Of a stretch of DNA of 64,000 nt, positions 30,224 through 38,770 are shown in pieces. The stretch spans positions 1,888,001 through 1,952,000 of the forward strand of contig OY760175.1 of assembly GCA_963663165.1 (NCBI GenBank), read 5' to 3'. This DNA comes from an uncultured Desulfospira sp. Lineage in GTDB: Bacteria > Desulfobacterota > Desulfobacteria > Desulfobacterales > Desulfobacteraceae. The notes beneath the pieces were generated by a model. It was not told the DNA's origin, did not search any database, and saw only the letters and a program-made list of their open reading frames with translations. Positions within the stretch are counted from its first letter, which is position 1; each line of letters starts with the position of its first letter. The translations under genes were made by a program, and so were the position numbers.

Positions 30224-30534
30224 AATAAATTCTCCTTTAATGCTTTTTTCAAGATTTTGACTTGTTCGAGGGTTAAATCTTCTTGTTCGTTTTTCTTGTA
30301 CATGAACAGCATGTAGATCGTTTCGGGTTGATCAAAATAGTAAATAACCCGTAAAGCCCCTCTTTTGCCTGCACCAGGTAATTTCCAACGAATTTTACGA
30401 ATTCCTCCACTTCCTTTAATAATTGCCCCTGCACCTGGATTTAACATTAAAGCAGATTGCAATACTCGATAACTCGAGTCGGGTAGAAGCTTCAGAACTT
30501 GCTTGGTAAATATTGATGTTTCAATGAATTCCAT
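30220..30534 (-). CDS. higB: HigB/RelE-family toxin (cassette)
   Basis: MEFIETSIF...GSGGIRKIRW...GKRGALRVIYY...YKKNEQEDLT. Confidence 0.88.
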   Translation of the reverse strand: MEFIETSIFTKQVLKLLPDSSYRVLQSALMLNPGAGAIIKGSGGIRKIRWKLPGAGKRGALRVIYYFDQPETIYMLFMYKKNEQEDLTLEQVKILKKALKENLL

Positions 30535-30587
30535 AACACAACAATACGCCATTGACGTATTTAAGTCAAGATGGAGATGGTTTTAAA

Positions 30588-30717
30588 TGATAACGGGGAG
30601 CTGAGGGGCCAGGCTTTTAAAACCCTAAAAGCTCCGATAAAAGTTAAAATTTCATGAACCAGGGACGTCCGAAAGGCCGCGCAGTAAGCCTGGTCCCTCT
30701 CCAGCGTTTTGTTCTGC
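30588..30717 (-). repeat. attC site 12
   Basis: R'' GCAGAAC ... R' GTTATCA. Confidence 0.9.
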
Positions 30718-30721
30718 AATA

Positions 30722-30952
30722 TCATTTACATTTCTTGTAAACAAACTCTGGATCTAAGTCAGCTCCTGACTCCCATTCAATGGTATCAAAAACTACCCGA
30801 ACACGATTGAATGCACTTTGATTTTTAAGGCTTTGAAAAATTCCAAAATCCAAAAGTGGCTTCATATCCAGAATTCCATGCTCTCCGTTATCAAAAATGA
30901 TTGAAAGTATATAATTTTCTTTCGGAGTTACTTCTTTGACGGCCGGATACAT
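30722..30952 (-). CDS. DUF2442-like protein (TA partner)
   Basis: YILSIIFDNGEHG...TIEWESGADLDPE. Confidence 0.82.
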   Translation of the reverse strand: MYPAVKEVTPKENYILSIIFDNGEHGILDMKPLLDFGIFQSLKNQSAFNRVRVVFDTIEWESGADLDPEFVYKKCK

Positions 30953-30962
30953 ATTTTGCCTC

Positions 30963-31229
30963 CTATTGAAGAGGTTGGATGTTAAACGGCTTTTCACCAT
31001 TCATAAGTAGTGTCCAATTAGCCATTAGTTCTTCTTGATGAAGTTCTGCCCACGCAATGACAAGCCTTGATTGCTTTTTGGGCAATTGACCTTGGGTTAT
31101 TTCGCAAGTTTGAATATCGACTGTAGCCCTATGTTTCCCATAGTATACATGAAAATGCGGGGGTGGATGTTCACTTGGGGCATAATACATTCGTATGATG
31201 ATGCCGTAGAACATTGAAATTGTGGGCAT
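30963..31229 (-). CDS. DUF4160-like protein (TA partner)
   Basis: MPTISMFYGIIIRMYY..EHPPPHFHV...WAELHQEELMANW. Confidence 0.88.
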   Translation of the reverse strand: MPTISMFYGIIIRMYYAPSEHPPPHFHVYYGKHRATVDIQTCEITQGQLPKKQSRLVIAWAELHQEELMANWTLLMNGEKPFNIQPLQ

Positions 31230-31347
31230 AAATTCTCCTCGGTAATCAGGGGTATTTCATGTTTTTGGCGCTTTCATTTTTTCAGCATAGCCATAATATA
31301 TGTATATCATCATTGTACCCGTTTACCAATTCGGTTTTGTTTTGAAA

Positions 31348-31420
31348 GCAGAACGTCAGCATCACCAGCCGGTGTGGAGCGGCAGCGTAACACCGGTCTG
31401 AGTGAATGCAGTTGTTCTAT
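31348..31420 (-). repeat. attC site 13 (short, ~73 bp)
   Basis: R'' ATAGAAC ... CAGACCGGTGTTACGCTGCCGCTCCACACCGGCTG ... R' GTTCTGC. Confidence 0.85.
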
Positions 31421-31421
31421 T

Positions 31422-31691
31422 TTATTTCTCTTCAGACAATCCTATACTGTCCATAAAGTTTAAGAAAAATTGAATCCGATCTTGTTGTTCAAATGTTCTT
31501 TCATCGCCACTTTCAACAATTTCCTGACGGATAGCTGATTTCAAGTATTCTATCTCCCCAGATGATGCTTCATTTAAATCAGAAGCTAACTGTTCCAAGG
31601 CATTAACAGCAGAATCAGGGTCAATCACTTCATCTGATGAAAGTTCAATAAATGCTGCCAAGTTTAATATAGCTCTTGCTAATGCTTTCAT
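31422..31691 (-). CDS. Small acidic helical hypothetical protein (first cassette)
   Basis: MKALARAIL..FIELSSDEVIDPDSAVNALEQ; the stop is adjacent to attC 13. Confidence 0.7.
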   Translation of the reverse strand: MKALARAILNLAAFIELSSDEVIDPDSAVNALEQLASDLNEASSGEIEYLKSAIRQEIVESGDERTFEQQDRIQFFLNFMDSIGLSEEK

Positions 31692-32260
31692 ATATTTCTC
31701 AACAGTGAAATAGGCAGAATGGGCCAATAGTATAATAGGCAGATTCTGTCTATTGTTTAAAAATATTCCATTTTAATTTTAATTTACCTGTATATACATC
31801 CTATGGAACCTTAATATACAGATTTCAGATTAAAAATACTCAATTTTTATCCCAATAAATCATGTGAAGTCGGTTAAGTGATCATTCAATGTCATTAACT
31901 TAACGAAGTGGTTTATAACAGCAATGGAAACGACCGCTTCGATTATTGAAATTCCTTGGAAATTTTCTGCCCGGTCTTACCGGTTCTATAGTCCTGACAA
32001 TAATGTCTTGTATAGCTGATATCAACTCAACAACCTTTTCACCTGAGCGAACGAACAATAGCGGAAGAACGTCCTTCATTTTTGATAAAGCCTGTGCAAA
32101 ATTCGGCTTATATTTATACATCCGATCCTCAGTATTTTTGTCAATAATGGTCTGAGTGGGAAAAGCTAATATTGATGTCAGATTCTTTGAGAACACTCTC
32201 GCATGGAAATCCTGGTAAACGGACAGGACTGATTTTCCGGTGAAATTTTCTATTTCTATC

Positions 32261-33571
32261 CAGTAGTGTCCGGTTAGGTTCTTGCATATAAAAACCCATT
32301 AAATTTATTGAAAATTTTTTATTTTTTCTATTGACAAATGTGCGCAAAAATTTTTGCGCGCCTTGAAAATTTTTCTTTCAAGGAGGCCAATATGGCGCAC
32401 ATTTCAGTCCCGAAAAAACCAATACAGTCCCTGAATTTTGACAATTTCTTCTTTCCTTTGATAAAGTTGCATCCCATGGCACCAGAATTAAAATCACGAG
32501 GTGATCGGCCTCTGAAAATGACATTTGAAGACCAGCTAAAAGCGTTGGTATATTTTCATCTTCAAGAACACAAATCTGCTCGACACCTGATCCAGGATCT
32601 CAAAGAGAATGTTTTTGCTAAAGAGTATATTGCTCCAGATGGTGGTATCAGCCGTAGCAGTTTTTCTGAGGCGATAAATCACCGGGGTCTTGAACAGCTG
32701 CAATTCCTTTTTGAAAATCTTTATAAACAAGCCCGCAAGGTACTCCTCAAAGAACATGCGCAATTGGGAGAGTTAGTTTCCATCGACGGCAGTTTAATTG
32801 ATGCGGTTTTATCAATGCACTGGGCTGATTACAGAAAAGGAGCTAAGAAAGCAAAAGCGCATTGTGGGTTTGATATCAACCATGGCATCCCAAGCAAAAT
32901 ATTCCTTACAGATGGCAACGGTGGAGAGCGTCCTTTTGTAATGCGTATCCTTTCCAAGGGGCAAACCGGTGTGATGGATCGAGGGTATCAATCGCATAAA
33001 GACTTTGATCTGCTTCAGGAAGAAGGCAAACATTTTGTTTGTCGTATTAAAAGCAAAACAACCCGAACCGTAATCGAAAAGCATGCGGTAAACCCTGACA
33101 GCCATATTTTTTATGATGCATTGGTCCTGCTTGGTACTCCTAATCAGAATCAGACCGTCAAACCTGTTCGAGTTGTCGGTTATGAAATTGCAGGGGTCAA
33201 ATACTATGTGGCCACTGATCGACATGATTTAACAGCAGAACAGATAGCCAGTGTGTATAAACTCAGATGGACTATTGAAAATTTTTTCAAATGGTGGAAA
33301 GAGCATTTAAAGGTGTACCATTTGATTGCCCGCAGTGAATATGGGCTTATGGTTCAAATCCTTGCAGGCCTTATCACTTATCTCCTGCTGGCAATCTACT
33401 GCCGGGAACAGTTTAACGAGAAAGTCTCCATCAAAAGAGTCCGGCAGTTGCGTACTGCAATTCTTAATGACCTTTTCACCGGCCACAATGGACCACCGGA
33501 TTCAGACAGGGACAGTATTGTCAAAGAACAAAAAAAATTATCACAAGCAAAAACCTAACCGGACATTACTG
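32261..33571 (+). mobile_element. Second IS4-family element (1311 bp)
   Basis: IRs CAGTAGTGTCCGGTTAGGTT / AACCTAACCGGACATTACTG; 9-bp TSD ATTTCTATC. Confidence 0.93.
32392..33558 (+). CDS. IS4-family transposase
   Basis: SIDGS, MDRGY, YKLRWTIENFFKWWK; AGGAGG RBS before MAHISV. Confidence 0.9.
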   Translation: MAHISVPKKPIQSLNFDNFFFPLIKLHPMAPELKSRGDRPLKMTFEDQLKALVYFHLQEHKSARHLIQDLKENVFAKEYIAPDGGISRSSFSEAINHRGLEQLQFLFENLYKQARKVLLKEHAQLGELVSIDGSLIDAVLSMHWADYRKGAKKAKAHCGFDINHGIPSKIFLTDGNGGERPFVMRILSKGQTGVMDRGYQSHKDFDLLQEEGKHFVCRIKSKTTRTVIEKHAVNPDSHIFYDALVLLGTPNQNQTVKPVRVVGYEIAGVKYYVATDRHDLTAEQIASVYKLRWTIENFFKWWKEHLKVYHLIARSEYGLMVQILAGLITYLLLAIYCREQFNEKVSIKRVRQLRTAILNDLFTGHNGPPDSDRDSIVKEQKKLSQAKT

Positions 33572-35310
33572 ATTTCTATCCATTGTTTCATAGTCTTGTA
33601 GTCTTCTTCTACAGGCCACCTCAAATGATAAAGTTCAGAAAACTGATTATGCGTAAAGGTTTGTTTGTCAATGATGGATGTAATGAGGATTTCAGCTTCG
33701 CCTGTCTCTAACTCAATCCGAATCAATCGTAGTTTTAATGGCTTTAAATCAAGCCCCATTTCTTTGCATTGTTTTATTGAACTGGGGAATGGCGTCAAAG
33801 ATATGATTTTTTCCTTCTTGCCTGAATTATAAAATTGCCGGACTATTTTCCATCTTTTTAGCTGAATCCGGGCGCAAAAATCGGCACCTTGATTGAGAAT
33901 GAGATTAAACAGCCAATATGCTGGATAGCCCCTGTCCAGAAGTATAAGGTCACCTGGTACCATTTTTAAACAATGGAAGGCGGCCAGTTCACGTTCTCCA
34001 GTTTCTTTGGGGACAATTTGAGCGTCAACAGTTATTTTGTTGAGTGGATCGAACATCTGAGAAATGCGGGCCATGGGGCATTTTTCTCCCTGGCGTGGAT
34101 TCCATGCTCCAAAATGTTTTAATATTGATTCAATCCGGGGCAGTTGAGCTGTCGACCCGTCTATAGCAAGCAGATTAAAACCCTCCCATCTCAAGGGGGC
34201 AAAATTCTGATAGAAAAAATCTATCTGCTGATCATTAAGCTCGGAGAATGCCTCGTATTTTAATTTCATCCTGGCTTTGGTCAAGGCTGGCTTGGAGATA
34301 AATCGCCTTATAACATCAAACCCGAATATGGCTTTAAAGAAATGGTCGAGTTCATCCTGATATGAACCCTTGACCAAATTCATCAGGAAAAATATAAGTA
34401 TTGAAAAGGACAGTTTTCTGTTACGGGTGAAATTTTTTGGACTTTGGCGGTGTTGATTGATAAAATTTGAAGAATTGATATTTTTTTTAAGAAAATCAAT
34501 TAGTTTGGCACATATATTGGAAAGCAGGTTCCGTGCCAACCGGTGTAAAATTGTTATCAAATTTCGACATGATATGCTCCTTTTTTTATGATAATTGGCT
34601 GTTATTATTAGAATTGAGTATATCATGTCGATTTCATTTTTTCAATGATTTTATCATTAATATCAGCAAGTTAAACACAAAATCTTCTTAAGTTAATGAC
34701 ATTGAGTGATCATTCACTAAAATTTTAGGTGTATGGCCCTACTTTCGAATCCCCCTTTCTCATATTCTTGCACTCTACCCAGAATATCGAAAGTATAACA
34801 TTCTAAAATTTGCATAGCCAAACAACACGCGGCACCAAATCCCCTTTTGATCATCATGGCACCAATGGGACACAGGCCATTCACTGGGCATGTCTTGACG
34901 CAAATTCGAAATTCAGCCCATGCATTGAAAATTATATTCAAAGCAGGGGCTTTTACTCTAAAAACAAATTGAACAAACGCTGGTATTGTCTTAGATTATA
35001 TGCAAGTTCTATGCAAAAGGAACCGATTGCGAATAGGGTGTAGGAAAGAAAATCCGGGGAAAATATGGAAACCTTTTCCAGTTCAGCTTTTTTGGCTGAA
35101 AAATAAATTATAATTATTTTGTGAATCTAATTTATGGAATTGTAAGATCCCATATTTAAAGCATATATCAGGGTTGGTGTGTAATCCTGGTAATAGTTTT
35201 GGGAAATAAATGTAATAGTGCTATGTAAAATTTTTCCTAGCAAAGGGATCGCGGTCCTTGAGACCGGACGGCCAAGGATGGACAATGGGAGAATAACCTG
35301 ACAGGGGGCG

Positions 35311-35736
35311 CTATTCTATATTTTTCCAAGGATTTAATATGGTAACATTGGTGGGGGAAAAGTCTTTCTCATTTCTTGTTACAACAATTAAATTGTGGGC
35401 TTGAGCCACTGCCGCGATCAAGCTGTCTGCGGTTGCAACCGGCGTTCCGTTATCTTCTGCTTTTCCTTGAATACTCCCCCAACTTTCTGCAACGGCTAAA
35501 TCAACAGGGTAGATTCTTGCCTGGTAATCCTCCAAAAGGGTATTCAGCCAGTTTGTGAGCTGATGTTTCTTATTTGAGTTCTGTAGTTTTGTGATGCCTT
35601 TGCGTATTTCCCCAATGGTTATAACAGATAAAAAAAGTCTCTTATCAGGTATCTGGTTTATCCAATTGATGACTTTTTCATTAGGCGTTGCCCTGACCAA
35701 TTCTGATATCACACAGGTATCTAGTAAATAATTCAA
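35311..35736 (-). CDS. vapC: VapC/FitB PIN toxin
   Basis: YLLDTCVISE...SVITIGEI...DSLIAA...VTRNEKDF. Confidence 0.92.
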   Translation of the reverse strand: MNYLLDTCVISELVRATPNEKVINWINQIPDKRLFLSVITIGEIRKGITKLQNSNKKHQLTNWLNTLLEDYQARIYPVDLAVAESWGSIQGKAEDNGTPVATADSLIAAVAQAHNLIVVTRNEKDFSPTNVTILNPWKNIE

Positions 35737-35984
35737 AGTTCAATATCCCTGGGATAGTCTTTTTGTCTTTCAAACTCAAAATCGTCATCCATCTTGGGGC
35801 AACTTAAAAGAAATTCTTTTAATGTCGGTTTTTTGGTGGTGATTTTTTGATATTCTTTAACGGACAGGATAACCACAGCTTCTTGACCTCTGCGGGTTAC
35901 GAATTGTGGTCCTGCTTTCAATGCATTTTCAACAACCTGACTGAATTTCGCTTTGGCATCTTGTAATTTCCATGATTTTTTCAT
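35733..35984 (-). CDS. Phd/YefM antitoxin
   Basis: WKLQDAKAKFSQVV...GPQFVTRRG. Confidence 0.9.
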   Translation of the reverse strand: MKKSWKLQDAKAKFSQVVENALKAGPQFVTRRGQEAVVILSVKEYQKITTKKPTLKEFLLSCPKMDDDFEFERQKDYPRDIEL

Positions 35985-36080
35985 ATCCCCCCCTGTATAT
36001 GTTGTTACTAGTCAGTCTAGTCTATTTAAAATGCTGAGTCAATTTTTTTTCTGGTTATGGCAGGGTGGAATACAGAGGGA

Positions 36081-36830
36081 TCACATGATCAGTGATGACA
36101 GGCCTTTGAGAATCAGGCGGGCTGATACAAAAATCAGCAAAAGGCCCAGGATTCGCCGGAACATGGTTTCGGATATGGATTGAAAGGTTCGGTTGCCCAG
36201 AAAGATGCCCAGAAACATGGCCGGGATCATCAAAAGCCCGTAGCCCACCAGCTGGAAGGTTAGCAGCCCGTTGGCCATGAATGTTGCTGTCTGGGCCATG
36301 GCGGCCGGGATGAAAATAAGCACCAGCAGCCGTCGCAGGAACCGCTTGTCCAGGTACCGGCCGAAGTGAAGGATCAGGGGCGGGGCATTGATCCCCACAA
36401 ACCCGCCGCAGAATCCGGCAAAGGCGCCCACCCCAAGGTCCATGGCCCCGGCCTTTTGGGGCGTTTGCCGCCGCGTTTTGGGGCTGGGGGCGCGAAACAG
36501 GAAATAGAAAGCTGTGAGAAGGAAAACCCCGCCGAGAACCAGCTGAAACGGTTGATTGGGGATGATGCCAAGGGTAACGGCCCCGACAACGGAGCCTAAA
36601 ACCATAAAAACCGATACCGGTATCCAGTAATACCGGGAAAGGGGCAAGGGATCCACCCGAAGCATGCTCAGCCCGCCGAAAATGTTAATAAAGGAGGCCA
36701 GAACAATGGTGAGCTTCGGATCAATCACCAGGGACCCCAACGCCACAATGACCATGGTGGTGCCGGTTCCCGTCACCCCTTTTAGAAAAAAGGCGGTCAG
36801 GGCAACCAGGGGAATGAACAGGTATTCCAT
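36081..36830 (-). CDS. TauE/SafE (TSUP) family exporter
   Basis: About 8 TM; FFLKGVTGTG and GFCGGFVGINAPP repeats. Confidence 0.85.
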   Translation of the reverse strand: MEYLFIPLVALTAFFLKGVTGTGTTMVIVALGSLVIDPKLTIVLASFINIFGGLSMLRVDPLPLSRYYWIPVSVFMVLGSVVGAVTLGIIPNQPFQLVLGGVFLLTAFYFLFRAPSPKTRRQTPQKAGAMDLGVGAFAGFCGGFVGINAPPLILHFGRYLDKRFLRRLLVLIFIPAAMAQTATFMANGLLTFQLVGYGLLMIPAMFLGIFLGNRTFQSISETMFRRILGLLLIFVSARLILKGLSSLIM

Positions 36831-36995
36831 AATTTTTTTAAAAGAACCTGGGATTTGAGACTTGGGATCTGGGGTTCCCCTGCGGTTCTTTTCGCAAATC
36901 CCAAGTCCCAAATCCCATATCCCGATCTTTCAAGCCTATGTTGTGGACGAAGTGTCTTTCAAGAGATAAATTCACCCGATGGTTGAAAAGTCAAA

Positions 36996-37772
36996 TCACC
37001 CCAGTATCAACCGCTGGGGATCGCAAGTGTTCCTGAGAATGTCCAGTTCTACTTTGGTGGGCGGTTCGGCCTGCACGGCACTTGCCACATCCATGTCAAA
37101 CCCGGTGTTGTCCAGGATATCCTCCGGGGTAACTCCGGGATAAAACCGGTCCAGGATCATTTTCTTTGTATCCGGATCAAAACGCATGACCCCGAGGTTG
37201 GTCACCACCACAGAAACCCCGCCGGGCCTGAGGCCTGCTTCTTCCCGCTCATTGCCGCCGCCAAGCTGGCCCGGGCTGGTCAGGTAATCCAGTTTCGGGA
37301 CAAACTTTCGTTTCTCATGCTGCATAAAGGCAATGCAGCGGGGAACAAAGCTGGCCACATCGCACCCGCCGCCGGACCCGGAAAACCGGATGTCCGGGGA
37401 ATAATAATCCCCGATGCAGGTGGTGTTCAGATTGCCGTACATGTCGATCTGGGCCGCGCCCAAAATGGCGATGACCTTGCTGCCGGTGATGGGGTTCTGC
37501 ATGGTGGCAAAGGCATCGGTCAGCCGTGAATTGGCCGCCGCCCAATACATGATCCGGGGATCGGCCACGGCAAAGGGCAGTTCTTCGAGCAACGAATCCA
37601 TGGCCCCGGTTTCAAAAAAAATCACGCTGTCCGGCGCGTTGATGTTTTTGGCGGCCATGGCCGCGAGCATGGAAATGCCGGTGCCGGAAAACACGATATC
37701 CCCGTTCCTGATTTCCCGGGCCGCCATGATGGTCATGATTTCCCGGGGGGTATAGTCTTTGGCCTGTTCCAT
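36996..37772 (-). CDS. Family I CoA-transferase beta subunit (glutaconate/3-oxoadipate type)
   Basis: FFETG (catalytic Glu), GAAQIDMYGNLN, GSGGGCD. Confidence 0.88.
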   Translation of the reverse strand: MEQAKDYTPREIMTIMAAREIRNGDIVFSGTGISMLAAMAAKNINAPDSVIFFETGAMDSLLEELPFAVADPRIMYWAAANSRLTDAFATMQNPITGSKVIAILGAAQIDMYGNLNTTCIGDYYSPDIRFSGSGGGCDVASFVPRCIAFMQHEKRKFVPKLDYLTSPGQLGGGNEREEAGLRPGGVSVVVTNLGVMRFDPDTKKMILDRFYPGVTPEDILDNTGFDMDVASAVQAEPPTKVELDILRNTCDPQRLILG

Positions 37773-37773
37773 A

Positions 37774-38751
37774 TTAGTCCCTTTTCATGTTGACGCTGTA
37801 GCCGGTTCTCTTGTCCGCACGGATGGCCGCAAGCCGCTCTTCTCCCACAAGGGCCATGAATTCTTCATGGTCACGGGGGCCGTAAATGTACTTGTCCTGG
37901 TAGTTTTTGAAGGCTGCGTCGTCCCGGGCCGCATCGGCAAATTGTTTCAGGTATTGGGCATCATAGTCATAATGGCCATATACCGCCGAGGGGTACCCGC
38001 CCAAAGGCACATGGCAGACCGCAGACACATGGATAAACGGGATCTGGTTTAAATCCGGGTTTTCCCTTAAGGCCTCTTTTTCAACCAGTTCTTCGCAGGT
38101 AACGATCACGGCCCTGGACGCCTTGACCTGTTCAATATCGGCAAAGGTCAGGCCCTTGATGCGGCAGGTGCCCATGGCATCGGCCTGCTGGACATGGATA
38201 ATGGTGACATCCGGGGTAATGGCCGGGACCAGGACCACCTTGGAGGCCCCGGCAAGGTTGCCGAAGGGGTTGTCCATGACCACCAGTTTTTTGTCCACGA
38301 TTTTGGGGTCCTTTTCTCTTACAGCGGACGGGATCCCCCATTGGGTGATGATCTGAGAGCCCAGCCCAGACAACGTGGGCAGAAACGGCACCCCCATGGC
38401 ACCGGCCAGGAACCTTAAGCTCATCATATAGTTGGAATAATCTTCAAACAAAATCTCGTTGTTCCGGCAGGCCCGGGCAAACCGGATACAGGTCGGGGCG
38501 GCCTTGCCGTTGCCGCCATAGGCGATTTCAAGCTTGGATACGGCGCCTGCCCCGATCAGCTCATCAAGGCCGGTACCGTTGGAATGGGCATAAAGGTGGA
38601 GGTCTGTTATCCCCTGCCGGATAATTTCATACACCGCGGCCATGGGATTCCGGTTAAGGGTAAACCCGCCGATGGAAATATGGGATCCGTCTTTGACGTA
38701 TGTTTCAATGGCCCGGGCCAGGGGGATTACCTTGTCGTTCTGGTTGGTCAT
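37774..38751 (-). CDS. Family I CoA-transferase alpha subunit
   Basis: IGGFTLNRNPMA, RFLAGAMGVPFLP, PDVTIIHVQQAD. Confidence 0.88.
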   Translation of the reverse strand: MTNQNDKVIPLARAIETYVKDGSHISIGGFTLNRNPMAAVYEIIRQGITDLHLYAHSNGTGLDELIGAGAVSKLEIAYGGNGKAAPTCIRFARACRNNEILFEDYSNYMMSLRFLAGAMGVPFLPTLSGLGSQIITQWGIPSAVREKDPKIVDKKLVVMDNPFGNLAGASKVVLVPAITPDVTIIHVQQADAMGTCRIKGLTFADIEQVKASRAVIVTCEELVEKEALRENPDLNQIPFIHVSAVCHVPLGGYPSAVYGHYDYDAQYLKQFADAARDDAAFKNYQDKYIYGPRDHEEFMALVGEERLAAIRADKRTGYSVNMKRD

Positions 38752-38770
38752 TATGAAGTCCTTTTTCAAC

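Larger units (their letters stand above)
31887..34704 (-). mobile_element. IS4-family element, copy 2, interrupted by another IS4
   Basis: IRs CAATGTCATTAACTTAA; 10-bp TSD AGTGATCATT; 1498 bp once the insert is removed. Confidence 0.92.

Noticed and set aside
830..31420. Recurrent repeats as a CRISPR array
   Set aside because: The repeats are 60-130 bp imperfect palindromes separated by whole genes, and there are no cas genes; they fit attC.
35000..35016. Sigma54 promoter TTGCATAGAACTTGCA (minus strand)
   Set aside because: Lacks the invariant GG at -24.
34717..35043. intI remnant or ferredoxin gene
   Set aside because: No integrase motifs; the CVKTCP..LCPIGA stretch is too fragmentary to call.
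35311..35984. vapBC as another cassette
   Set aside because: No attC flanks it and it lies beyond the array head.
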